Assembly: GCA_025450475.1 (NCBI GenBank)
Contig: JANWHJ010000038.1
Coordinates: 1 to 37,837 of the forward strand
Length of the DNA stretch: 37,837 bases
Origin: Nitrososphaera sp.
Lineage (GTDB): Archaea; Thermoproteota; Nitrososphaeria; Nitrososphaerales; Nitrososphaeraceae
Direction: 5' to 3'
Shown here: piece by piece, positions 8,404 to 17,940 of the stretch
How the letters are laid out: every line of letters starts with the position of its first letter
How positions within the stretch are numbered: the first letter of the stretch is position 1
The notes under the pieces: generated by a model
Told to the model about the DNA's origin: nothing
What the model saw: only the letters and a program-made list of their open reading frames with translations
The model's database searches: none
Translations under genes and position numbers: made by a program

Positions 8404-11040
8404 TTGGACAGCCCTGCCAAATTAAATATAGGACAGGCAATGGATGGCACTAAATTTGAGCTTGACCGCGCGTCACTGACAAAACATGCGATAATCCTTG
8501 GAGCCACCGGCTCCGGCAAGACCGTGCTATCCAAGGTAATTGTGGAAGAAGCTGCGCTGCAGGGAATTCCTACGTTTGCCATCGATCCAAAAGGAGATAT
8601 TGGCAACCTTGCATTCAAGTCAGCTAGTTTTGATTTTTCAAAATGGTCTGGCAAAGAGGCAGATGCTCTCAAGAATGACCGAGCAAAATACGCCGCCAGC
8701 CTGCAGAAAACATACAGGGATAAGTCATCCGAGTTCAAAGTAGGACCAAGTGCTATTTCAAACTTTGAGAAAGTCCCCGTCAGGATCTTTACTCCAAAAT
8801 CCTCGGCTGGGCTTGCAGTGGGGATCTCACCAGACCTGTCCGCTCCAAAAGATTTCAACAAGCTGCTGAGCTACGACATTGCGTCTGCCGCCGACCTTCT
8901 CGACCTTACATCATTCAACCTGCTACGCCTTGCCGGCTATGGCGAAGGCGATAGGAAGCAGATAACCTTTATCTCCGCAATACTCGAGAACGCGTGGAAA
9001 AACGGGGAGAGCCTTACAATAAAGGACCTCATCAGGAATGTCGAAAGCCCTGCCTTCAGTTACGTCGGCACGCTCCCTGTATCAAAAGTGGTGTCGGACA
9101 AGGAAAGGAAGGATCTGGCGACAAGGATAAATCTGCTGCTCTCAGACCCAAAGCTGCGCTCTTGGTCGTCTGCTGAATCGATCAACTTTTCAGAGTTGTT
9201 CAGTGGTCCGTCGATCAACATACTTGACCTTCGCAACATCCAGTCAGAACAGGAAAAACATCTTTTTGTCGAGCTGATACTACAGCAGTTGTTCCAGTGG
9301 CTCATCAAGCAGGGCAGCGCGCAGACGCTGCGGTATTTGCTATACTTTGATGAAATCGCCGGCTACTGCCCGCCAGTTAGGGAACCGCCGTCCAAAAAGC
9401 TGCTGTTGCTGCTGATCAAGCAGGCAAGGGCGTTCGGCCTGGGCATGCTGCTTGCAAGCCAGAATGCAGTAGACCTTGACTACAAGGTTATTTCAAACGC
9501 CAACGTCCGATTTATCGGCAGGCTTGGCGCACAGCGTGACATTCAGCGTGTAAGCGTGGGACTGGAGCTGGATTCTGACGCAGAGAAGGAGATCGCGCAG
9601 CTGCGACCCGGCGAATTCTTTTGTAACACTTTTGACCCCAAGTTCAGGTCAGTCATCAAGTCAAGGTGGACGCTCACGTACCATAGGGGGCCACTTGAGG
9701 ACAGCGAGATTGCCGAACTGATGACACAGTTCAAAAAAAGCGAGCCTGTTGTTGACAAGGAGAAAGAAGAGGCAAGCGAGCCTGGAACTGAAGAAACGGC
9801 TGGAATGCCAGAAGAGCCGACCAAGTTCCTGCCCATCGTAGCGCCCGAGCGCCACATAGCGATGACTGCAAGCGACGACGAAATGTTTCTCCTGCTTGAA
9901 AAACAATTCGAGCCAATGAACTTGTCGAGCTTTATCAAGCTGGGGAACAACCTTAGGTCGGTTAAGATGCTCTCATCAGAGTCGGAGGAAAGGCTATATC
10001 CAGTCTTTGAGCTCAATGCTTCGGTTATTGAACAAGGCTATGCCAAGCAGTCGCTTGACAAAACTGTCGAGCGTGCCGCCCTTGGCGGCAGCCTCATAGA
10101 GTTGCCAGAGCATACCATAACTTCACACCTTCCGATTCCAGCAGAAACCCGCATGGAAGCTGAGATTTGGAGGGGCGAAATCCAAAAGGCGGTCAGCTCC
10201 ATGGAAAAAGAGCTTCGACATAAATTCGACATCTTGATCGAAGAAAAAAGAAAGGAGAACATTGCTAGCAGATGTGACAAACCCCGCGCCAAGATTGCCG
10301 ACATTGACGCAAATTTCGCAAAACTACAACAATCGATCAACACCGACATCGACGCGGCAAAGGAATATGAAAAGTTGTACAAGCAGCTGAAAAAAGAGAG
10401 CAAGAAGAAAAAGAACTTTAAGGTGCGCATGATATCGACTGAAAACAGGATTGAGACTAAAAAACAAAAGATCATTTCAACAAGAAGAAAGATAGCGCAG
10501 CTACATGCCAACAGGAAGGTGCTCGAGGATCAGCTTGTTGAGATCGAGCACGAGGAAGAAGAAAAGTTCCATCAGGCTCTTGGCAACGTCAAGAGCAAAA
10601 CAAGCTCCGGTGTCACTGGCTGGCTCGTCGAGACCGTATACAGGGCTAGGATAATAGTGAACGACTCAAAGGAACATTATGGCGATGTAATGTGGAGCTC
10701 CTACACCGGGCAAGGGACGTGGGGTAGGTGCTCATCATGCTCTGTCGCGCTTGATGAGGGGTCGGTCTGCAGCTGCGGCAACCTGCTCTGCAGCACCCAT
10801 CTTGCATACTGCAGGATGTGTCTAGAGCCGGCGTGCAAAGAACATCGCGCGCTGTGCTACATTTGCAGCTCCACGTTTTGCGCCGCGCATTATGTCAGAT
10901 GCGAAATATGCAAGTCGCCTGCGTGCGTGAGCCACAGCGGCGCATGCAGCATTTGCAACAGGAAGGTTTGCAGCAACTGCTCGCAGAAAAAGGGGCTCAT
11001 CAAGAGCAAGATAATCTGCAGGGGCTGCTCTGCGCCCTGA
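8404..11040 (+). CDS. HerA/FtsK-superfamily (DUF87-like) ATPase with coiled coil and C-terminal Cys/His repeat domain
   Basis: Walker A GATGSGKT, IDPKGD, Walker B LLYFDE, KQARAFG..LASQN; Lys/Glu-rich coiled coil; repeated CxxC-x4-CxxH at the C-terminus. Confidence 0.85.
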   Translation: MDSPAKLNIGQAMDGTKFELDRASLTKHAIILGATGSGKTVLSKVIVEEAALQGIPTFAIDPKGDIGNLAFKSASFDFSKWSGKEADALKNDRAKYAASLQKTYRDKSSEFKVGPSAISNFEKVPVRIFTPKSSAGLAVGISPDLSAPKDFNKLLSYDIASAADLLDLTSFNLLRLAGYGEGDRKQITFISAILENAWKNGESLTIKDLIRNVESPAFSYVGTLPVSKVVSDKERKDLATRINLLLSDPKLRSWSSAESINFSELFSGPSINILDLRNIQSEQEKHLFVELILQQLFQWLIKQGSAQTLRYLLYFDEIAGYCPPVREPPSKKLLLLLIKQARAFGLGMLLASQNAVDLDYKVISNANVRFIGRLGAQRDIQRVSVGLELDSDAEKEIAQLRPGEFFCNTFDPKFRSVIKSRWTLTYHRGPLEDSEIAELMTQFKKSEPVVDKEKEEASEPGTEETAGMPEEPTKFLPIVAPERHIAMTASDDEMFLLLEKQFEPMNLSSFIKLGNNLRSVKMLSSESEERLYPVFELNASVIEQGYAKQSLDKTVERAALGGSLIELPEHTITSHLPIPAETRMEAEIWRGEIQKAVSSMEKELRHKFDILIEEKRKENIASRCDKPRAKIADIDANFAKLQQSINTDIDAAKEYEKLYKQLKKESKKKKNFKVRMISTENRIETKKQKIISTRRKIAQLHANRKVLEDQLVEIEHEEEEKFHQALGNVKSKTSSGVTGWLVETVYRARIIVNDSKEHYGDVMWSSYTGQGTWGRCSSCSVALDEGSVCSCGNLLCSTHLAYCRMCLEPACKEHRALCYICSSTFCAAHYVRCEICKSPACVSHSGACSICNRKVCSNCSQKKGLIKSKIICRGCSAP

Positions 11041-11062
11041 TCTACAATTTAATTTGTGGACT

Positions 11063-11311
11063 TTAATCGTTCTGACCTTCGGCTATAATCATAGTCAAGC
11101 TTGATCTTATGCTGGCAATAGATCGAATTTTCATTACTATCTTTGATATGCCCCTTTCCGATTCGGCGTTTAGTTTTGCAATTATGTCGTAAACACCTGA
11201 CAATCCAGCGGCCTCCGATACACCCGACATGCCACTTATGGCAGAAATGATTGTATTTTCTGTTCCAATGTCACAATTCAAAAGCACAAAAGCCCGAGAC
11301 ACAATCCCCAT
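11063..11311 (-). CDS. Stand-alone Lrp/AsnC ligand-binding domain protein
   Basis: AFVLLNC...GVYDIIAKL...IRSSLTMI pattern with no HTH. Confidence 0.8.
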   Translation of the reverse strand: MGIVSRAFVLLNCDIGTENTIISAISGMSGVSEAAGLSGVYDIIAKLNAESERGISKIVMKIRSIASIRSSLTMIIAEGQND

Positions 11312-11449
11312 CGGTGTCTCGGGTATTAAACGCTGCTGATTGTAGTGGGAGCAGATAATCTCCTGATGTCAAATCTGGGAGAATCGAAGGCTCTCCAATA
11401 CAAGCATCTTTATAGCAATTCTGCCCCTCTGCAACTAGGGGATACCTTG

Positions 11450-11626
11450 ATGCCTATGCTTATGTTAAAGTGCAAAACCTGCGGCGAAGTGTTTCCAGGA
11501 ATATATGTACCTGAAGGCAGCACTGTCGGTTTCAAGTCAACTGCCACGGACGCCGATACCTTGCATACCTGTTCTAGGGGACACAATAACGAATATGCCT
11601 CCGCAGACTACATGGATTGGTCTTGA
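11450..11626 (+). CDS. Small putative zinc-binding protein
   Basis: MPMLMLKCKTCGEVF...HTCSRGH; ATG at 11450 preferred over GTG 11345 because TATA-like CTTTATA lies at 11408-11414. Confidence 0.6.
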   Translation: MPMLMLKCKTCGEVFPGIYVPEGSTVGFKSTATDADTLHTCSRGHNNEYASADYMDWS

Positions 11627-12750
11627 AGCTATTGCCAAACAATAAACTGAAAAAAGTTGCACTTGTAACGTACCCCGACAGTTTTACGTTGGAAGAAGCC
11701 AAAGGCCTTGCAGAGTCTGCAGATCGGAAAATTGTGGGAGTTTTCACTCAGAAATACCTGAATCACTCTGAATATGGAGTAGGCTCGGGAAAGGCCCAAG
11801 AGCTTAAAGTGTTTGTAAAAGAATCTAGTGCAGAGCAGATAATCGTCGATGAGCACCTTACGTCAAAACAGATTCACAACCTAGAAAAACTGACAGGGGT
11901 GCAAGTGATCGACAGAGAACGATTGATACTTGATATTTTCTATGAGCGGGCAACAACCAATGAAGCAAGACTGCAAATCCAGTTGGCCGAAATCAAATAC
12001 AACATGCCGCGCGTAAGGGAAATCGCCAAGATGTCTTCTGGCAATGAGCGGGCTGGCAAAGGAGGAAGCGGAGAATATACAGTGGACGTGAAATTCCGAG
12101 ACCAGAAAAGACAGATGGGGTTTATCAAAGAAAAGCTAGACGAAGCAAAACGGAAGCGCGCGCTTTATTATCAGCAACGGATCAAAACCGGGATGCCGGT
12201 CGTTTCGCTTCTCGGTTACACCAGCTCTGGAAAGACCACACTGTTCAATCTACTCACCAGCGAGAAGAAGCAGACCTCGAACAGCCTTTTTACGACGCTT
12301 TCAACAACAACCAGGGCATTAAAGGTTGATGATAACCGCGGCGATAATAGAGGAGGTAGATTGCTCACGGATACCGTAGGCTTTATCAGCAGGCTGCCGC
12401 CATATATGATCGACGCGTTCAAGTCAACACTCGAGGAGTCTTTGGGTGCAGACCTCATCCTGCTGCTGATTGATGCTTCAGAAGACGTTCGGGAGATCAG
12501 GATAAAGCATACAGCCTGCTGGCAGATACTTGAAGAGCTAAAGGTAGACAAATCCAAGGTCCTCGTCGTTTTTACAAAATTTGACATGCTGCCACCCATG
12601 GAAGCAGAAGTCATGATCGACCAAATTGCCAAGGATGTTGGAATGCCAACTCAGGTCATCGCCATATCGTCAAAAAACGGGCACGGAATACGCAAGCTAA
12701 GGACGACAATTGACCAGCATACCAGGAATGCTCTCGCGAAGATGCAATGA
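11617..12750 (+). CDS. hflX: GTPase HflX
   Basis: VIDRERLILDIF..RA...EARLQIQLA, G1 GYTSSGKTT, FTTL, G3 DTVGFI, AFKSTLEE, G4 TKFD. Confidence 0.95.
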   Translation: MVLKLLPNNKLKKVALVTYPDSFTLEEAKGLAESADRKIVGVFTQKYLNHSEYGVGSGKAQELKVFVKESSAEQIIVDEHLTSKQIHNLEKLTGVQVIDRERLILDIFYERATTNEARLQIQLAEIKYNMPRVREIAKMSSGNERAGKGGSGEYTVDVKFRDQKRQMGFIKEKLDEAKRKRALYYQQRIKTGMPVVSLLGYTSSGKTTLFNLLTSEKKQTSNSLFTTLSTTTRALKVDDNRGDNRGGRLLTDTVGFISRLPPYMIDAFKSTLEESLGADLILLLIDASEDVREIRIKHTACWQILEELKVDKSKVLVVFTKFDMLPPMEAEVMIDQIAKDVGMPTQVIAISSKNGHGIRKLRTTIDQHTRNALAKMQ

Positions 12751-12816
12751 TGAGTATATTCGACCACTTTTGAGAGGCGCAGAGCTCGGTTTAATAATCC
12801 CGTCAGCGTTATAATA

Positions 12817-13491
12817 ATGATTATTTTGTCTACGATCGAGCCGGAATTGCTGACTGTAAAACAACGTCAAGAGATAGAGTCTCGCCTCGTCAATTACAAC
12901 ATACCGCTCCAGATTTTTCAGATGGTGGCGGAGCGATGCGAATGTACCATTGATCCTCACACCAGGAAAGATCTGCCAAGGGGACCCAAGATAGCTGCCC
13001 TGCTTGCGGGATTGAACAATAGGTCGATCATCCTTCTCAAGCAAATGTTTCTTGATTGCGATGACTCTTTTTCAAATTTCAGGTTTGCAGTATTCCTCTC
13101 TTCACGATATAGCCCAATGTCGCACAAATACGTAATGGGAAGCAAAATCAATGGAGGCAGATCCAAGATTAATCATGCCGTTGACATCTGCATCTATGCT
13201 CGACAGGCAGAGGAGCTGGTGGCAATCGGAATACAGAACAAAGACACTGATCAGCGCGCCTCAACCAAATCACTGCAGAAATTCTTGTCGGTCGTCGAGG
13301 ATCTCCGTACTGCCTACCCAAGCATGCGAGGGGCTTACTATGCATCTTCATATGGCTACGACATAGATTGGGCAAAAGCAGGCGGCAGAAAAAAGAAAGA
13401 TATTGATGACAAAGCGATTGAGATAAAGCTATTCGAATATAAGGACAAGATATACTTTGAAAGCAAGTCTGCTTCTTCCCATCTGAAATAA
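12817..13491 (+). CDS. Hypothetical protein with Mrr-like restriction endonuclease fold in its C-terminal half
   Basis: GRSKINHAVDI...VAIGIQNK...LQKFLSVVEDL...AYYASSYGY resembles the D...QxK PD-(D/E)xK pattern; family call is by eye. Confidence 0.5.
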   Translation: MIILSTIEPELLTVKQRQEIESRLVNYNIPLQIFQMVAERCECTIDPHTRKDLPRGPKIAALLAGLNNRSIILLKQMFLDCDDSFSNFRFAVFLSSRYSPMSHKYVMGSKINGGRSKINHAVDICIYARQAEELVAIGIQNKDTDQRASTKSLQKFLSVVEDLRTAYPSMRGAYYASSYGYDIDWAKAGGRKKKDIDDKAIEIKLFEYKDKIYFESKSASSHLK

Positions 13492-13496
13492 CGCAG

Positions 13497-13880
13497 CTAT
13501 TTTGCCGAGCTGTCTATGGCATCCATTATTACCTGCGTGGCATGGACGCCAAAGTTTGTCTTACAATAGTTCTCATTTCTCAATTTCGCATCCAGCTTGC
13601 CATTTCTGACCAACTCTGATACCCTGTTTACTGCGCCAAGATAATTCATCGACGACTTCCATGTGAGTATGATTTCGCACTTATCGCATACGCTGCGCTT
13701 TGCGTTGGCGGCATATATCACGTCGCAAAACATGCATTTGCCGTACACCATTGACTTGCCTGCTCTCGGGGCACCAATGCCAAAATGGACTGTATTAAAA
13801 CAATTGATACACAGGAGTTTCATGCATTCTGAGCAGGTGTGGTATTCTTCCCCTTTCTTGCACATCTCGCAAGTTGTCAA
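13497..13880 (-). CDS. Cys-rich putative zinc-finger protein
   Basis: CEMC..CSEC..CINC...H, then CMFC...CDKC; TTG start 4 nt after the upstream stop. Confidence 0.7.
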   Translation of the reverse strand: MTTCEMCKKGEEYHTCSECMKLLCINCFNTVHFGIGAPRAGKSMVYGKCMFCDVIYAANAKRSVCDKCEIILTWKSSMNYLGAVNRVSELVRNGKLDAKLRNENYCKTNFGVHATQVIMDAIDSSAK

Positions 13881-13884
13881 ATGA

Positions 13885-14067
13885 TCACCGATGAGGTTTC
13901 ATTTTCTTCGAGCACACGTCACAATATTTTTCTACCATAGTGACACCGTCGCCCACATCAAAAGAAGCCTCAAGGGTCGCCAGATTGCCGCATGTTGAAC
14001 AGTATTTCAGCTTTTTGTCCTCGGGGCTATGAACAAAAGGTTTTAGCGAGATTAAACATTTTGCCAT
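13885..14067 (-). CDS. Small putative zinc-finger protein
   Basis: YCSTCG...YCDVC; tight operon spacing. Confidence 0.7.
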   Translation of the reverse strand: MAKCLISLKPFVHSPEDKKLKYCSTCGNLATLEASFDVGDGVTMVEKYCDVCSKKMKPHR

Positions 14068-14071
14068 TCGT

Positions 14072-14161
14072 TCACTTCAAACTCCCGATGAGTGCAATTA
14101 TCAAAGATGCCGCGATGATCCCTGCTCCAATAACCAAAAACTTGGTATTATTGCTAGTCAT
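14072..14161 (-). CDS. 29-aa single-pass membrane microprotein (not in ORF track)
   Basis: MTSNNTKFLVIGAGIIAASLIIALIGSLK*; 4-nt gap to the next gene; TATA-like CTTAAGTA about 35 nt upstream. Confidence 0.5.
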   Translation of the reverse strand: MTSNNTKFLVIGAGIIAASLIIALIGSLK

Positions 14162-14224
14162 CACTTCTGAGGGTCATCCGAGTCATAAGAACGTACTTAA
14201 GCCAACTATCTCGACATGCCAAGA

Positions 14225-14422
14225 CTACAAATGACATTCTCCAAACATTCTATCTTCGCCCGTCCTCACTATTGTGCAGCTGACTTGCGAGCCGGCCTGC
14301 TTGCTACCGGAGCTGACGCTGTTTGAGAATGCGGCAGCCGCAAAGCTGGAAATCAAGAAGAACAGCGCAATGACTACCAATAAGAAGAGCGCTAGCCGGA
14401 ACTTGCTGCTCGTAGCACTCAT
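14225..14422 (-). CDS. Small secreted or membrane-anchored protein
   Basis: N-terminal KFR plus hydrophobic helix, AAA site, and a C-terminal Cys pair. Confidence 0.55.
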   Translation of the reverse strand: MSATSSKFRLALFLLVVIALFFLISSFAAAAFSNSVSSGSKQAGSQVSCTIVRTGEDRMFGECHL

Positions 14423-14504
14423 TTACGGGATCATAGTCAAAAGTGATTGTTATTCTTTTCTGTCACTCATGATTTTTAAGGTTCTTGCCATCTATTGCTG
14501 GTAG

Positions 14505-16073
14505 ATGTTTGAAAACGAGCATACGGTGCGCAGGTTCATGACCGAGAGAGTTGAGGGCCAGTTTCATGACAGATATGAGAGAGCACTGGAGCAGGCAAGG
14601 TCCGAATTTGGCAAGAAATACTTCATGATAATTGGAGGCAGGCAGGTAAGGACGTCGGCCACTGTTGCCCAGATGTCGCCAATAGACACCAGGCTGTTGC
14701 TCGGGCACCTGCCGGTCGGAAGCGGCCGCCACGTAAAGCAGGCAGTGATGGCAGCCAAAAAGGCATTCGAGGGCTGGGGCAGGTTACCCTACAAAGAGCG
14801 GGTGCGAGTGTGTCGGGCGGCAGCCGGGATAGTGAGCCAGCGAAAGTTTGACCTTGCTGCGTGGATCTCGTATGAAAACGGCAAGAACCGCTACGAAGCG
14901 ATCGCCGACGTTGACGAAGCAATTGACTTCTTGCGGTATTACGCCGAAGAAATGGAAAAGCACGACGGTTTTGAAGTGAGGATGAAAAGTACCCAGCCTG
15001 GAGAAAAGAGCAGGAGCCTCATGAAGCCGCAGGGGGTGTGGGGGGTTATCGCCCCATTCAACTTTCCAGCGGCCATCCTGGTCGGCATGAGCGCTGGCGC
15101 GATCATCACTGGCAATACGGTGGTAGTCAAGCCATCAAGCAACACCCCGATAGTTGCGTGCAAAGTTGCGGAAATATTCAAGCAGGCCGGCTTGCCGGAT
15201 GGAGTGTTTAACCTTGTCATTGGTCCGGGAGGCAAAGTGGGAGCCGAGCTGGTCAGCAACAAGGATGTTTCCGGCATAGCATTCACCGGATCCAGAGAGG
15301 TGGGCTATGGAATAGCACGAGCGTTTGGCAAAGCGAGACCCAAACCGCTTATAGCCGAGCTCGGAGGCAAGAACCCCGCGATAGTAACCGACACCGCTGA
15401 CATCGGGAAGGCAGTCGATGGGATCCTGAAGGCGGCGTTTGGCTACTCTGGCCAAAAGTGCAGCGCGTGCTCTCGCGTTTACGTGCACAAGAAAGTAAAA
15501 GAAGAATTCCTAAAAGAACTTGCTGAAAAAACAAAGAGCCTGCCTGTCGGCAACCCGCTTGACCAGAACACCTTCGTCGGCCCTCTTGCCAACGAGGACG
15601 CGTACAAGAAGTATCAACAGTACGTAAGGATGGCCGACAGAGATGGTAAGGTAATGGCAGGCGGCTCTGCAAGAAAAGACAGCGAGCTAAAGTATGGTTA
15701 CTACGTCCAACCCACAGTCGTCGTGGGCCTCCCAAAAAAGCACCGGCTCTTTAAAGAGGAGATGTTCGTGCCTATCCTTTGCGTGGACGACTATGAAAAA
15801 TTAGACGACGCGATCAGGCTTGAAAACGACTCTGATTATGGTCTGACGGCCGGGATATTCAGCGGCAGGCAGGATGAGATTAAAGAGTTCCTCGACTGTA
15901 TAGAGGCAGGAGTAGTGTATGTCAACAGGCAGGCGAGCGCCACTACAGGAGCGATGGTGGGGTGCCAGCCCTTTGGCGGCTGGAAGGACTCGGGCACCAC
16001 CGGCAAGGGAGCTGGGGGGCCGCACTACCTGATGCAGTTTATGCACGAGCAAAGCCAGACAGTCATTGAATGA
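14505..16073 (+). CDS. 1-pyrroline-5-carboxylate dehydrogenase (RocA-like aldehyde dehydrogenase)
   Basis: EAIADVDEAIDF, IAPFNFP, FTGS, AELGGKN, GQKCSACSR, EEMF and QPFGG motifs; convergent with proline dehydrogenase. Confidence 0.9.
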   Translation: MFENEHTVRRFMTERVEGQFHDRYERALEQARSEFGKKYFMIIGGRQVRTSATVAQMSPIDTRLLLGHLPVGSGRHVKQAVMAAKKAFEGWGRLPYKERVRVCRAAAGIVSQRKFDLAAWISYENGKNRYEAIADVDEAIDFLRYYAEEMEKHDGFEVRMKSTQPGEKSRSLMKPQGVWGVIAPFNFPAAILVGMSAGAIITGNTVVVKPSSNTPIVACKVAEIFKQAGLPDGVFNLVIGPGGKVGAELVSNKDVSGIAFTGSREVGYGIARAFGKARPKPLIAELGGKNPAIVTDTADIGKAVDGILKAAFGYSGQKCSACSRVYVHKKVKEEFLKELAEKTKSLPVGNPLDQNTFVGPLANEDAYKKYQQYVRMADRDGKVMAGGSARKDSELKYGYYVQPTVVVGLPKKHRLFKEEMFVPILCVDDYEKLDDAIRLENDSDYGLTAGIFSGRQDEIKEFLDCIEAGVVYVNRQASATTGAMVGCQPFGGWKDSGTTGKGAGGPHYLMQFMHEQSQTVIE

Positions 16074-16896
16074 GAGACCTTGCCAAGAGAAGCAGGTTGC
16101 GCTTGCGCTCTCTGATTCTGCGAACAGAGTAGGGCATCCAATGGCTACCGTAGGGTATGTATTCGGCTACTACGAACTTTTTGGCTACAAGGTCGTTTTT
16201 CAGATCATCGCGGATGCCCATCAGCATCTGGAATTCGCATTTTGTATTGATGTCCAGCTTGATCGCTTCATCGATGATGTCAGAATCATGCGTCGCGATT
16301 GCGAAATAGCTACTGCTTTCAGAGAGCATCTTCATCAGCTTTACAAAATTGTTGTTAACGTCTTCCCTTGTGGAAAACGCGTGCTCCTCCAGCTCGTGGT
16401 ATGCGCCCTTCACCAGCCTTACTTTGCCGCCGCGCTCGATGATATGCAGCAGGTCGCTTGCGCTCCTTCGCAGGTACGACTGTATGGCGACACCAGTCAT
16501 GTTGTATTGCTTGTAAATCTCAAGATAGATCGCAATCGTATCCTCGACGAATCTGGCAGATTCCATGTCAATCCACAGGAACTGACCATTCTTCTTGGCT
16601 CTAGTGGCAACCCGCTTGAAGTTTTGCAAGCACACGTCATAGTCTATCGCAAGGCCGAGCTGTGTTGGCTTTGCAGACACACACCCGCGTACGTTCCTTG
16701 CGTGAACCAGGTCGATCAGTGACAAGTATTCGACCAATGTCTGGTCCACAGCTTTTGAATCGATGGTGTACTCACCGAGAAAGTTCAAGATGGCAGACAT
16801 GCCGCGGCAGTTGGAGTCGAGCGCCGCAGCTATTGCATCCCCGGCAGAATAGCCCGCAACCCATTTTTTCGCGACTCGGAACAGCAACCGCTCCAT
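16063..16896 (-). CDS. Monofunctional proline dehydrogenase
   Basis: WVAG, LGE, KPTQLG, IDME, RLVKGAY, IATHD, EFQMLMG, YIPYG and RRIRE motifs; ATG at 16896 preferred (ORF extends to 17022). Confidence 0.92.
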   Translation of the reverse strand: MERLLFRVAKKWVAGYSAGDAIAAALDSNCRGMSAILNFLGEYTIDSKAVDQTLVEYLSLIDLVHARNVRGCVSAKPTQLGLAIDYDVCLQNFKRVATRAKKNGQFLWIDMESARFVEDTIAIYLEIYKQYNMTGVAIQSYLRRSASDLLHIIERGGKVRLVKGAYHELEEHAFSTREDVNNNFVKLMKMLSESSSYFAIATHDSDIIDEAIKLDINTKCEFQMLMGIRDDLKNDLVAKKFVVAEYIPYGSHWMPYSVRRIRERKRNLLLLARSLIQ

Positions 16897-17099
16897 CAAG
16901 CCAGCGTCATAGTTTTGCGAGTGGGTCGTGGTATCCAATACTGAATATTCGTTTCCCTCTGATTTAACTTTAGACGGTAGAAATGACCTCTCCGGACCAA
17001 CACAATTCGGATTAGATTTCAAGAGTTAGATCGTTCTGGGGTCAAAGCCTCTAGGTGGACATAATCTTTTATTAAGTCTGTATTAAAGGGTGATCTCTT

Positions 17100-17882
17100 A
17101 TGATAATCGACATTCTAAAGCGGGCATGCAGGCGCGTCCACGCCAATACTAAGGGCCTTGCCGGGAATGAACGGGCAAGCAGGCAAATGGGAAGGGGAGC
17201 AGGGGGCGACATGTCGCGCAAGATAGACCTGATAGCGGAAAAGACAGTTATTGATCTTCTCAGGAAGAGTGGCATAGACGCTACGATAATTGGGGAAGAA
17301 TGCGGCAGGATCGAAGGTAAGAAAGGCTACATCATAATGGACGCGATAGACGGCACAACTAACGCTGTGCGCGGGATACCTTTCTACTGCTGTTCGATTG
17401 CCTATGCCGCTGAGTTTCGATTAAGTACGGTGACAGACGCTGCCGTTATCGATCTTGCAAGCGGCGACCTCTATTACGCATCAAAGGGCCAGGGCGCGTT
17501 CCTCAACGGCAAGAGGATTGCCGCAAAGAATGAGAGCCCTGCCGACCCAACAATAGGGGTAAATGTGTCCGGCGTAAAGCTATCGGTAGTCGAGCGCCTT
17601 GCACCGATCATTGCAGACGCCGATCACACCCGTCAGTTTGGAGCAAACGCGCTGGAGATGTGCTTCCTTGCAAGGGGGTTCCTTGACGCGTATGTCGACC
17701 TCCGGGGCAAAATCAGGCCCACTGATATTGCGGCAGGCTATCTGATCGCAAAAGAAGCCGGCGCCAAGGTGTATTCGGACCGCGGCTTGGACTTGGAGTC
17801 GGATCTTGATGTCAAGACCCGGCTCTCATATGTTGTGGTTGCGAACAACAGTATGCGAGAGCGTCTTAAGTCCTTGTTCTGA
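17100..17882 (+). CDS. Inositol monophosphatase / fructose-1,6-bisphosphatase family protein
   Basis: GEE, DAIDGTTN and DIAAGYLIAKEAGA motifs. Confidence 0.92.
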   Translation: MIIDILKRACRRVHANTKGLAGNERASRQMGRGAGGDMSRKIDLIAEKTVIDLLRKSGIDATIIGEECGRIEGKKGYIIMDAIDGTTNAVRGIPFYCCSIAYAAEFRLSTVTDAAVIDLASGDLYYASKGQGAFLNGKRIAAKNESPADPTIGVNVSGVKLSVVERLAPIIADADHTRQFGANALEMCFLARGFLDAYVDLRGKIRPTDIAAGYLIAKEAGAKVYSDRGLDLESDLDVKTRLSYVVVANNSMRERLKSLF

Positions 17883-17940
17883 TCGGACGTATTTCCATTA
17901 TTCCAACCCATTAATTCTTCATACAGGTAAAAGTTGTAAG

